Sequence record: PV662128.1
DNA: 64,000 nucleotides
Direction: 5' to 3' (one strand)
The notes under the pieces: model-generated
Database searches by the model: none
Seen by the model: the letters and a program-made list of their open reading frames with translations, nothing else
What the model was told of the DNA's origin: nothing
Made by a program: the position numbers and the translations under genes
Part shown: in pieces, positions 37,701 to 46,458 of the stretch
Layout: each line of letters starts with the position of its first letter
Numbering within the stretch: position 1 is the first letter of the stretch

Positions 37701-38509
37701 ATGGCCAGGGAAGTTTTCTCGTAATCACTCTTACCTGAATTAAGGGTGATCTTTTTAAGCTCGTCAATCTGACGATGCATCGAGGCTTCCATGAACTTGT
37801 AATATTTAGCGTTGGTTAAATGCATCCTGGCCAATAAGTTGATTTTAACCGCATCGTTCTTAGCCTGGATTTTATTCTGGTAACGCAAAATACCTTGAAG
37901 AGTGGTCGAGATTCCGCCTAACAGGGAATTGGTTGCTTGCTGCTGGGCTAATTGACGACCGCCAACTACCGCAGTCATGCTGTTGATAGCCCGCCCAATA
38001 CCCACCATCGTTCCTGTCTGTTGAGCTGTGACCCCGGTAATAAACTCACTCAACCCTTCGTCATCAACATCACCCATGCTTGGATCAGAAGGAGTGTATC
38101 CCCCTTGATCCCAATGGCTAAAGTCCTTATTACTGAAGGTCTCCAACCCCTGGGCAATTTTATTAGGAACCTTGTCGCCGTGGCGGTCTAAGGTCATCTG
38201 AGCAATTGCCTGGAGATCTTCCACCATATCTTTTGATCCGGCTTTAACCTCACTTAGGATCTCCTGCTTCTTCCAATCAAACTCTCTTTTTAAATCAAAG
38301 ACAGTCCCAAATGATTTTGGGAGGAGCATTTTAGCCGTTCTCAACCTACCTTCTGAACTTCCTATCGTACCGCTGTGGAGCTCACTGAGAAAACCACTCC
38401 CCATGCTCGCAAAGAAACCTTTTTTAGGTGCGTTATCGAAGTCGAAGTCGAAATCTATATCGCCGGCGAACGGGTCGTCTCCCCAATCGTCGAAATCATC
38501 TTTAGCCAT
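31703..38509 (-). CDS. giant tail protein with C-terminal GH19 (chitinase-class) peptidoglycan hydrolase (phiKZ gp181 / tape-measure-like)
   Basis: 2268 aa; GH19 motifs LANFESGGF...ENMNY and NDGWLYRGRGFIQLTGKDNF; central hydrophobic Gly/Ala-rich segments; divergent from RNAP beta'. Confidence 0.85.
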   Translation of the reverse strand: MAKDDFDDWGDDPFAGDIDFDFDFDNAPKKGFFASMGSGFLSELHSGTIGSSEGRLRTAKMLLPKSFGTVFDLKREFDWKKQEILSEVKAGSKDMVEDLQAIAQMTLDRHGDKVPNKIAQGLETFSNKDFSHWDQGGYTPSDPSMGDVDDEGLSEFITGVTAQQTGTMVGIGRAINSMTAVVGGRQLAQQQATNSLLGGISTTLQGILRYQNKIQAKNDAVKINLLARMHLTNAKYYKFMEASMHRQIDELKKITLNSGKSDYEKTSLAMAAKGRLRDSIFSTIGHRSGGVMGYLSETFGKEAREGMLSGLSGMVGAGRMGMEMSEGMGLNMGTIIGQMLANEVIENGPAFFKSGQGAKLINKLETLYPKEAKNIRRQYRKLEQLGSVLSYAGTNAAGLAGTILRNNANYEEDFSTYDDYLDSLAPGEKPLSESAWRLKQTGKNFLGNRLNDLSFNINDSRGKQYELKKRNLMDLTQPSYWSGQSDRTLNEIIPGWFAKLHLSLEKIRTGNDNLKEERFDYHSGKFLSHKQTQNAVKRNLLNGREFSGLASGTSDMVSAIDKNGTLSPEAKRFLSYRLARDVDQDKGFNPFNYFGMEDEEGLTPSVRKEIEQVMRGSFRLTDQHIEAAKQSGVTGIKAQLIMPTAKSKRLAADLSLRAKNLKGYLPNISQQIDLLRNAGYDPLLREMNLINSENGSDFFNTDAIWDRLKSELNGNEGLIEEDDVGPLPTRGGMGGGNSKTIINNRRGLSGKDSGKLVTALSELTEQLKLGIPGRQDGNGLSPEQVKSLTDSVMGIRDINQEQLEVLKQILSRQPAEVNKPKTDAEDAADTAQKKTILDRIKSLGGIKDIFSAGMDKLLAHEPLMLGGMLGGLAGLAIHDPKTAALIGGGAAAWALYTKVRSMADARDVSDDEDIYDGESEDPILEARKLRARQYYDKVLKKIITSWKEIKGSIVDLGTKVVISAKRLSGKLFSAEGKAVVLRGLNAVKSAGLKLFNWLDPLNRLKGIGQGITNRITQMDVYRVGEDSPVLTRKGFENGKYFKRLNGSVVPVKGWRDIDGPVYDENGDVIITQAEYEDGLITSGGMKIESLKRMTGVMGGKLLDLGRKLGDRAKGYGKRAGDKINDLVTADYTPITNSVDRIYALLCRKFGYDINDMPDIKADIVNETSRMGNTDDVRLNSLEDKERKAKAERESRYQDAIIDLAGRGEGERGSGSPDEEKKGGGFLNGLLGFVKNPMGTILGGVAGLGVKLSKFLTLGITTLPAIVGGLTSLAKILTVGLLGRRASDGVDDIVDAAGGASGGRRGRRTRGGRVGRGRAFKFGLAGLATAGLGMYLDSTNEEHEGTNWKDVASNTLTAASAVSLGSSAMSAMGINLGIGSAIASGASAAGSAIVSGTGALATAVAPLLFNPVTLGIGAVAGAGYLVYKYYAKGKGSQFKLRMAQYGIKDVESDLAAKVRSAEEALREYVVVTAGVASIAKSAPLEQIFQSFIPQANDKGQQQAYFTWFNLRFKPIFLTYASAIDTAGYRDFETFDKSTDAKLYSTVSTINDRIGTINPYPYQIAAQFDEATPIMGKDQTINQVRLYLDELKSFNERHGRTAEGIEKEGVVTMKTSAEQVEKSEKAGWWSSLKMRVGGTYEDRSDIEEINKRYPVTKSVMEINITDLLPGGDKPLAGITALRLAAYGDTEHIPWRVEAVLKLERYCEDYISVIGNDARFTSTTGAVYNLFKNSFRITDDQANQWCTWFRDRFLPVCMAWVKYVRIMRGVKPSAGWKSMTATNAFDFAKELLGLKVNIGKTPTSVWEVKWSPFPNTTSGSITPQVKAIINNLDTAAKYAKLNYGDKEVKASGPKEVVPYTSAHSMGEGGLNQAVATAATSDNVIAGGQPVINYKPITGNTDTSTVDLSGVAPVGGSGGGDKGVSVPQKAAEQLIMKEMIKAGFTDPRLIAEMLALANFESGGFKNTAENMNYKPGRLLEIFPGRVKSMGQAQQIVAGGPQAIANAVYGGRMGNSGPNDGWLYRGRGFIQLTGKDNFRAASQYAGKDLVKNPELVSTDPEVMAKTLIWYLSNGGTGKRLQSIVKNNSFEYAAQGLNPNGLPDMPARTRLYQQYMKRLTSNELTVDPNAGTEPSSSGESVPSSVSSVSPDAKPPTMKSENVGTANSVAAVSAVTSPSVNQGPKPIGAVPSTPVSEGTVAYKSDPANPLNRVKVPTEQSTSAPPTPLAKPVQQPDPGTIAQVQAQGRTNDLLAQLLKEIQNQKAPDPRMGYTSK

Positions 38510-38529
38510 TTTAACCTCGTGGTGCGAAT

Positions 38530-39975
38530 ATGCAACCTACTAATATTACGTTATTGAACCCAAACAAAGTGGCTTGGGCTCTCATGAAAGCCGTGACGTC
38601 AACAGACGTCCATGAGGGGATGACCAACAACCTTCATGAAGATGGTTTATACTCTCCAACAATCTTCGGTCGTGTCGGTACCGACCAACGAGATAAAACT
38701 CAATCTTACATCAATGTTAAGATTCCTGTCTTCAACCCGACTTATTTTAAGGCTTTGATTGGGTTAAAGGGTTTATATCTCGGAATAATCAAAGGGACGG
38801 AATACGCCCTTTGGGACGCATCAGAACGCGACTTCATAAAATCAAACCTCCTGGAAGGAGAAACCGGCTACGGTTTCTTTATGCGTCACTTTTACGACTT
38901 AGAACCTAAGTTAAACGAAAGTTATAAACGCAAACAGCGCGTAGAACTCTTTAATAAATTTAAAGACATCGCGTTGACTAAAAACATTATTGTGCTGCCG
39001 GCCGGTATTCGTGATATCCAGGTTGAACCCAACGGCCAGATCGTGGAACCTGAAATAAATGATTTCTATCGTAAACTGATCTTCCGTAGCCGCAGCGTGG
39101 TTATCCAGGAAGGTGAAGAAGACAACCCGATTTACGATAACATCCGTTGGGCGATTCAAAGCGTGTTCAACGACATCGACGATTATATCTTCCGGCTGAT
39201 GGAAGGTAAGCGCGGATTCTTACAGCGCCGAGTCTCAACTCGTGGTGTTGTCGGGGGTACTCGTAACGTTATTACCGCTCGTAAAGTTTCTGTTGCTGAT
39301 GCGGATGATGATAATGGGGTTGACGTCAACACCACAGATATCGGGATGTATCAAGCGTTGCTGGGTTTCCAATACGTCGCGCGATATGCGTTACTTAAAG
39401 GCTTCTTAAGCCGCGTGTTTACGGTAGGGTCAAGTACAGCTAAACTCGTCGACCCCAGAACGTTTGAATATCAGTACGTGGAAGTCGAGAGCAACATTGT
39501 TGACAAATGGTTGTCAGCCGATGGACTCACCGCTTTGTTCAACGGATTCGGTACCAGGCACTTGCGGCATAAACCGATCAAAATCAACGGCTATTACATG
39601 GGCCTGACCTATGATGACGGTAAATATGTCAAGTTACTCGGTGACGTAACCGAACTTCCTCCTGGGTTTGATAAGAAGTTCTGTAAGCCGTTAACTTACA
39701 TGGAACTCTTCTATTTAAGTTGTGTCGAAGAAATAGAAAAGAGGATGCTTCAGGTTACCCGTTATCCGATTACTGGGATGGGGTCCATCTATCCTAGCTT
39801 CATCAAAATCAAAACAACGACTAACGCCCAAAAAAGAATTATTTTAGATGATTACTGGGAAGAAGGTTATCGTTGCACATACTACCCAGTCCGAGAAACT
39901 AAACCAGATTATTTCGACGCCATGAGTGTCGATGGCAGTCGGTTAGGTTTATTGGGTGGGGACTTCGATGGCGAT
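38530..39975 (+). CDS. rpoC: virion RNA polymerase beta' subunit (phiKZ gp180-like), exon 1
   Basis: DGLYSPTIFG, VLPAGIRD, GKRGFLQ, VTRYP, and ends in GGDFDGD (catalytic DxDGD); joins exon 2 at 41713; spliced product 537 aa. Confidence 0.9.
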
Positions 39976-41712
39976 TTTTGAAAGTATGTGTTTTGATTAA
40001 TGCAAGAGTGAATGGACCGTCTAAATCTCTATTATATGTGGATTTATAATAGGGGGTTTTGATGGAACGTTTTATTAAGTTTCAAGGCAAATCTTTGGTT
40101 GTGTCGGACCAAGAAATTTTTGATATTCATAAGAAGAGACGCATTCCTATTTTTCAAAAAAGCAACACTGAAAAATATTTCTTTCTTGATCTAAAAGACG
40201 GAATTAAGAAAGTCGACTATGGTTTATTCTTACTTTTCATGGACAAAAGGTTTTTTCTGCCATTTGATCTTTGGGAGAAAGTAAAAGTCGATTTACTTAA
40301 TGACAAAGACGGATTTACGCGATCTAATTTGTATTTGGTTTATCCGGAAGAAACGATTGAATATCCAGATAAACCCGGTTACAGTTACATACCCGGGTAT
40401 GAGCTAAACGTTATTAACCGCTCAGGAACCGTTTACCGGATCCCCGATGGGAAAGAGTACTTACCGTCCGTTTCTGATAAGAAAAAGAAAGAGAATAAAG
40501 AATACGTTTATACTTTGGTGAGAGTTAACGAGGGTAAAGTCACAGCTAGAGTACTTCATAGACTTCTAGCGATAACTTTTAAAAACCCTCCTAAGAAATA
40601 CCCTAAGTTGGTAGTCGATCATTTAAATGGTAAAAAGTGGGATTACAGACTCTTAAATTTGGAATGGGTTTCTTCCGCAATAAACAATTTAAGGGCTGTT
40701 AAAAATGGATTGAGGGAAGACGGGTTTCCTATTCTAGTTAAGGATAAGAAAACCGGTAATATTTCTGAGTATTTCAGTCTGACTGAATTCGCCAGGTGTC
40801 TTAAAACACACCCCCAATGTGTGGTGAACGGTAAAAATAACCCAAACCAAACAATGATAGGGCGATACATCATCAAAGATGTCGATGATGATAGACCTTG
40901 GGAATACTTCGAAAATATCCCTCTTAATCGAGAATCGGTTAAACTTAAAGCCAAACATGTTATCACCGACGAGATTTCGTTTTACCCCAGTTTTAAATCG
41001 GCCTCTAGACTCACCAACACGACCCAAAGTATGATTATGAATTACTTTAAGGCTAAATCCGAACCCGCAATTATCAACGGGTACGAGTGGAAGCTAGAAA
41101 CCGACGACTCCCCATGGTTCTCGTTTTCCCCATATCAAATTGAAATTTATAAGCGTGGGTTACATCGTCACACACGCGTTTATAAAGTAAGTAATCTGAT
41201 AACCGGGGAGAAATGGGTCGAGTACGGTTGGAAAGGCATATCGGCTATTTCCGGTGCGAATAAAAGGACCGTAATCAATGCCGGGATCAACTCCACAATC
41301 CTTAAAGATAAATTTAAACTTGAAATATTGCATTAATAAACACATCTCAATAGTCCCACCAGACGAGAAATCTCTGGTGCGTATCTCTACAAAGTGCTGG
41401 TAAACCCACAAAAGTTCTACGCCTAGAGATAGGAGCCGATAAGGCAGAAACAAGGTAGAACCTGGTCTATGCGAAACAATATAGCTAAGGACCGTTAACA
41501 AGGGGCGCTCAGCAGCCAGGCTTTCTTAATAAAAGAAAGTAAGGTTCAACGACTAAGACCTAGCCAGTCTGTACTCTTACTAAGGAAGTGAGGGGAAACG
41601 AAGAGAGACCTAAGTCGGGCACTAGTCCGATACGGTTATGATATAGTCTGCTCCCTAATAGCACTAGGGCGGGTGTCTTAGCACACCGGGTACTGGAGTA
41701 CCGGACAACAGG
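39976..41712 (+). mobile_element. group I intron (1737 nt) in RNAP beta', encoding an HNH endonuclease
   Basis: 5' exon ends in U (GAT|), intron ends in G (ACAACAGG|); core elements AAAGTGCTGGTAAA (P), CTCAGCAGCCA (Q), GTTCAACGACTA (R, 41544-41555), ATGATATAGTCT (S, 41638-41649); removal gives in-frame DFDGD|QLNSNS. Confidence 0.9.
40062..41336 (+). CDS. intron-encoded HNH homing endonuclease
   Basis: RVLHRLLAITF, VVDHLNGKKWDYRLLNLEWVSSAINN; NUMOD1-like repeats (YFSLTEFARCL, YPSFKSASRLT); ATG 40062 after AGGGGG. Confidence 0.88.
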   Translation: MERFIKFQGKSLVVSDQEIFDIHKKRRIPIFQKSNTEKYFFLDLKDGIKKVDYGLFLLFMDKRFFLPFDLWEKVKVDLLNDKDGFTRSNLYLVYPEETIEYPDKPGYSYIPGYELNVINRSGTVYRIPDGKEYLPSVSDKKKKENKEYVYTLVRVNEGKVTARVLHRLLAITFKNPPKKYPKLVVDHLNGKKWDYRLLNLEWVSSAINNLRAVKNGLREDGFPILVKDKKTGNISEYFSLTEFARCLKTHPQCVVNGKNNPNQTMIGRYIIKDVDDDRPWEYFENIPLNRESVKLKAKHVITDEISFYPSFKSASRLTNTTQSMIMNYFKAKSEPAIINGYEWKLETDDSPWFSFSPYQIEIYKRGLHRHTRVYKVSNLITGEKWVEYGWKGISAISGANKRTVINAGINSTILKDKFKLEILH

Positions 41713-41880
41713 CAACTTAACAGTAACTCCATCAACGGAGAGGATGCTATTGCTGAAGCTAAAGCTTTAATGGGCAGACGCGATTACTACATCACCGGCA
41801 CAGGACAATTCCTTTATAGTCCAACGGTGGAACCTCACGAATTCTTATTCCGAAATCTCAGTAACGGACTCAACCTATGA
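41713..41880 (+). CDS. rpoC: virion RNA polymerase beta' subunit, exon 2 (missing from ORF track)
   Basis: QLNSNSINGEDAIAEAKALMGRRDYYITGTGQFLYSPTVEPHEFLFRNLSNGLNL*, 56 codons; its TGA overlaps the beta ATG (ATGA at 41877-41880). Confidence 0.88.
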   Translation, partial: QLNSNSINGEDAIAEAKALMGRRDYYITGTGQFLYSPTVEPHEFLFRNLSNGLNL

Positions 41881-44800
41881 GCGTATTATACCAACAGTTC
41901 TTCCGTAATTTTGTTCTTAGGAAAAAACAAGAAATTACAAATCCTAAGTTTCACCATCTGACGGATATGGTGTTGCCGAGAGAATCGGTAATGATGTATC
42001 TACCGAAGACGCAAGAAGATATCGGCCCAAGTACCGAGGAGCCCTTAATAGGGACTTACCCTGATGGGGTTAACATTTATTTCAACAGTCTTTATATAAC
42101 CCCCATCGGAAGAACTCGACCCGTTCCCTTTAACGAAAAGCAATCTATACAGCTTTATCGTAAAAGCCATTTCAAATACAACTGGGCGAGGACGCTGTCC
42201 AACTACCTGAGCCGTCGTCAGGAACTATTGGTAAACAACATAGCGATGGGGCCTCATCGTCACCGTTATGTCTTCACTCGTTTTGTTCAGTTTGAACGAG
42301 CTTATAACCAACTGGCTTCCGGGATCGAAGCGGTTAAACAAATGAGTAAGGAAACGACCCGATATCAGTACTGGCGAATAGAACTTCCTCCAAGCGTCCC
42401 CGATTATCGTCAGCTACTGGTAGCGGTCGATCATTATAAGAAGGCGTTCAAAGACGGTGTTTATACTACCACTGACAATCAGGCGGTACTCCCATTTAAG
42501 GGTTACGGGTCTTATTGGATTATGGACTGGTATCTCTTCTTGATAGGCGAAAAGAACTACAGTCTGTTTAATCGCTTAGATAAAGAAGAAATGGATAAAC
42601 TCCACATCATCTTTAGTCATAATGGGCTCAGCTGGGTAGTTAATCTCGGCATCGTCTCTCAATGGATGGAAGAACTTAACGACAAGCACGGCAATCCCAC
42701 CAGTATGCGTGTTAACGCGGCTAAACGGTTCCTGCTTGGATTTAGGGCTCTGATAGCGGGCGGCACGCTAAGTGAAACCATAGAGGAGAAACCTCATGCC
42801 GCAGAGAATGTCGGATTGGGTACTGGAACGCCAGAAGAGGAAAGAAGAAGCCAGGAAGTTAATAAGGAATCAGAAGAAGAACCGCTGGATCTCGATGAGT
42901 CTGAAGAGATTACTGATCAGTCTGTTACTATGCTTGATCTTTTCATGGGCAGCAAAAAGGCTGATACAGAATCTGATGATGACCAAGGAGGAGAGGATCC
43001 AGGAGGAGCTGATGAGAATCACGGAGAAGAGTGGGCAGCAGCGGTCGACGATGAATTACTTTATAACGCCGAAACGGAAGGATTAGGGGAAACCAAGAAA
43101 GTTATTTTCAGTACCCCGGAATCCGGCATCCTGAGAGCCTTAGAGCAAAGAGCCAAGGCCGGGACATTAACTGTTGCGGAACAACGTTATTACACTAATC
43201 TCGCGCAATCATACAAAACGATCAAAATGCCTAACGGTGAAAGTCTTGAAAGTTTTGTTAAGATTGATCAGGCCAAACTCCGCCACCTTCCTGCTAAAAT
43301 TGCTCCTGAGATGAGAGGGATCATCGACCCTTCTCAGCTACAAAGTAGAGCGACGAATCTTAAAACGAAATACTCTGAAGAATTCCTTAACCGGGATATC
43401 GCTGGGATGATTCTTAACGTTCAGAACGCCGGTATCGTTTTAACCGATCTGAAACGTGAACGTATTGTCAATGCGGAATCAGCTTACGACGTTTATACAA
43501 TGAACGTTCATCCGGTTGGTGGATCGCCTAAGACCGCGATGTTCCGTATCCCCAAAATTGACAAAGACGGAACCTTCACTGTCGATGGGGTAAAACAGCA
43601 TCTTCAACTTCAGCGTATGGAAATACCGATTCGTAAGATAAACTCGGAGCAGGTTGCTTTGACGAGTTATTATGACCGCAAGATCATGATGTCTCGTTCT
43701 ACCAAGGTCGCCGACGATTACGGATTGTGGCTGAACAAGCAGCTTATTCTGTTGGGTGAAGCCGGTAAAGTATCTGGGGTGTTGGGCGATGTCTATAATC
43801 GTAGTTACGCTGTTCCTCGTACTTATTCTGCGTTAGCCAAACGGTATCGGTCATTAAAGGCGGGCGGGATTGAATTCAACTTCGATCTTTCTAGTCTTGT
43901 TGGATCAGAGAAAGAAATCAATAAGCTGATTTCTCCTAACTGGGTTCCGGTGGCTAAAGAAGGTGACGACTTCATCTTTATGGATGATGGCGGTAACCTT
44001 TATAAAGATAAGACGCACATTGGTTCTTTCGAAAGCCGCTGTGGAATTGACACGACGAAGGCCCCAGTCGATATCGTTACGGTGAATGTAAACGGATACG
44101 CTTTCCCTATCGGGGTAGTGCTCGCTTACTACTTCGGATTCGACGAACTTCTTAAAGCACTCAATGCTGACTATCGGACCGTTCCGGCCGGTGAGAAAGT
44201 TCGGATGGGTCAGGACGAATACGCGATAACCTTTAACGATGAAACGCTCATTTTCAACAGACGAGATAGTTTAACCGCACTCATTATGGGTGGGTTCCGG
44301 AAGTTAGCGAATTTGAGTAACTTCTCTCGCTATGACCTAAACACGAAAGGCGTGTGGGTGCCGGCTATCGGGGATAAGAAAGTCAAACCAGGTCATTTTG
44401 ATGAAATGCGTTTGATGTTCGAAATGTTCATCGATCCTATCACCAAATCCGAACTGGTTAAAAGGGGTTATCCGACCGAGCTTCATTATCTCATGATCGA
44501 AGGCGTCAAAATGCTGAACACCGATCGGACTGCTCACGAGATAGAATTAACTGAGCAACGTTTCGTTGGGTATGAACGTTTCGCCGGACGGGTCTATAAC
44601 GAAATTGTTAAGTCGACTCGTCAATTCAGGAATAAAGGTAATGACAAACGTTTCACCTTCGATATGAACCCTGAAGCGGTTATCATGAGTATCATCACCG
44701 ATACGAGTGTAAACCTAGTTGAAGAGGTTAACCCCATCCACGAAATCAAAGAACAGGAAGTTGTTACCTTTGGTGGCACTGGTGGGCGAAGTGAAACGAC

Positions 44801-45024
44801 AATGGTCAGACGTACACGTGGTCAGCAAGAGAACTATGCTGGGGTTATCTCCGAGGCTGGTAAAGACTCCGGTAAAGTTGGGTTCGTGAGTTACTTAACG
44901 AGCAACCCTAAGATCGCCGATTTCCGTGGTAACGTCGACCTAAGCATGCCTGACACTCTGAGCGGCAGACTGTCGGTAACATCCAACCTTTTAGCTCACT
45001 CGACCTCCGATGACCCCAAACGGT
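41877..45024 (+). CDS. rpoB: virion RNA polymerase beta subunit, N-terminal/middle part (phiKZ gp178-like), exon 1
   Basis: RIPKIDKDGTFTVDGVKQHLQLQ, EEVNPIHEIK, VTFGGTGGR, SEAGKDSGKVG, HSTSDDPKR; spliced product 1418 aa. Confidence 0.9.
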
Positions 45025-46458
45025 TAACTGTAATATTTTCCTGAGTACAATATTATGTTGAGACTCAGGAGCAAATTAAGATGAAACCAATTGAGTGTAA
45101 AGATTTTCCAGGGTATTACGAGATACCCAATTTTTCCAAGTACTGCATTAATAAAAAATCAGATATTATTCATAAACGCAAAAACAAAAAAATCAGACAG
45201 TACGACGTTAAATCTTCTGTGACGTCCAGGCCAGAAACCGGGTGTTATAAAAGAGTGACGATGTATTCTGATGATAAAAAACTCCACGCCTTTTCGGTCC
45301 ATCGGTTAATGGGCTTGGTGTTTAAACATCCTGGTGCCGGGTTTCACTCTCTACAGGTCCACCACGGAGATGGGATAAAATTTCATAACGACATCGATAA
45401 CTTAGAATGGGTTACACCCAAGACCAATATTGTTTTAGCAAACGATTATTACATGGGTAAAGCTAAAATACCCGTCCAAGCTAGGTCTAAAAACGGTGAA
45501 GTTCTAAATTTTTCTAATCTAAGTGATTGTGCTAAATTACTCGGGATCCATAGGACAACCCTTATCTCCAGATTAAGTACGTTTGGAGAAAAGTTTGTTC
45601 ACCCAGAGGGCTATCAACTGAGGTACGGAAATTCCGATAAGCCATGGGTTGCACCAGACGAAGAATCAGCTAAGGACTTAGATGAGTTTTACTCGTCACC
45701 CATTTTGGTAAAAAATCTCAACACTGGCGAAGTGAGGGAATTTAAAACAGCCAAAGGCGTGATGGAATTAATAGTAAGATCTCCGTCAAGCATAAGTACT
45801 TTGAGTAATGATTCGACTCAACCCATTGTGATGGGTAAAGATAACGTACCGTACATTCTCATAAAAAAATATTCTGGGGTCGATTTCAGGAGAGTTGACG
45901 ATCCAATGAATGATTTTGTCGAACAACAGACCAATACCAGAACGGTAGTTGCGACGAATGTTACGACTAATGAGAAGAGAGTTTATACGACCGCGCAGGC
46001 GTGCGCATCTGATTTTGGAATAGGGAAAACTACACTTAATTGGCGTCTTAAGAAACCCATCCCTGGTGTTTTCGACGGATGGATTTTTAGATATTACGAG
46101 GCCCGTATGGGAGGAAACACCCATACGCAATAATCTTTAATTGTTCTGGGACGATCTCGAAGACTCTCATACCAAAGCGGAATACGAAAGTATAGACGTC
46201 ATGGTTTTAAAAGTTGAGAAGAGAGACGATCTAGCAGCGAAGCACCTACGTATCTTCGAGAGAAGAGATAGGGTGAACGTTCAACGACTATGGGTGAAAC
46301 TCCCAGTAGAGAGTACATGATGTAATCTCGAAACAGGATTCCCTTCGAGTGTGCTGTAGAAGCACAATACTCATGGGTGAAATATAGTCTGCTCCCTACG
46401 GCGACGTAGCGGCGGGTGTCATAGCACACCGGGTTGATGGAAGCAACTGGACAATAGG
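45025..46458 (+). mobile_element. group I intron (1434 nt) in RNAP beta, encoding an HNH endonuclease
   Basis: 5' exon ends in U (CGGT|), intron ends in G (ACAATAGG|); P AATTGTTCTGGGA, Q CTAGCAGCGAA, R GTTCAACGACTA (46279-46290), S GAAATATAGTCT (46379-46390); splice gives DDPKR-S-LFSGVQQSQ, matching RpoB DDANRALMGANMQRQ. Confidence 0.88.
45081..46133 (+). CDS. intron-encoded NUMOD4/HNH homing endonuclease
   Basis: DFPGYYEIPNFSKYCIN (NUMOD4-like), SVHRLMGLVF, QVHHGDGIKFHNDIDNLEWVTPKTN; NUMOD1-like repeats; AGGAG upstream. Confidence 0.9.
   Translation: MKPIECKDFPGYYEIPNFSKYCINKKSDIIHKRKNKKIRQYDVKSSVTSRPETGCYKRVTMYSDDKKLHAFSVHRLMGLVFKHPGAGFHSLQVHHGDGIKFHNDIDNLEWVTPKTNIVLANDYYMGKAKIPVQARSKNGEVLNFSNLSDCAKLLGIHRTTLISRLSTFGEKFVHPEGYQLRYGNSDKPWVAPDEESAKDLDEFYSSPILVKNLNTGEVREFKTAKGVMELIVRSPSSISTLSNDSTQPIVMGKDNVPYILIKKYSGVDFRRVDDPMNDFVEQQTNTRTVVATNVTTNEKRVYTTAQACASDFGIGKTTLNWRLKKPIPGVFDGWIFRYYEARMGGNTHTQ

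Noticed and set aside
38530-39981. RNAP beta' as a truncated pseudogene ending DFDGDF
   Set aside because: A group I intron with clear core elements follows, and an in-frame exon 2 restores the protein.
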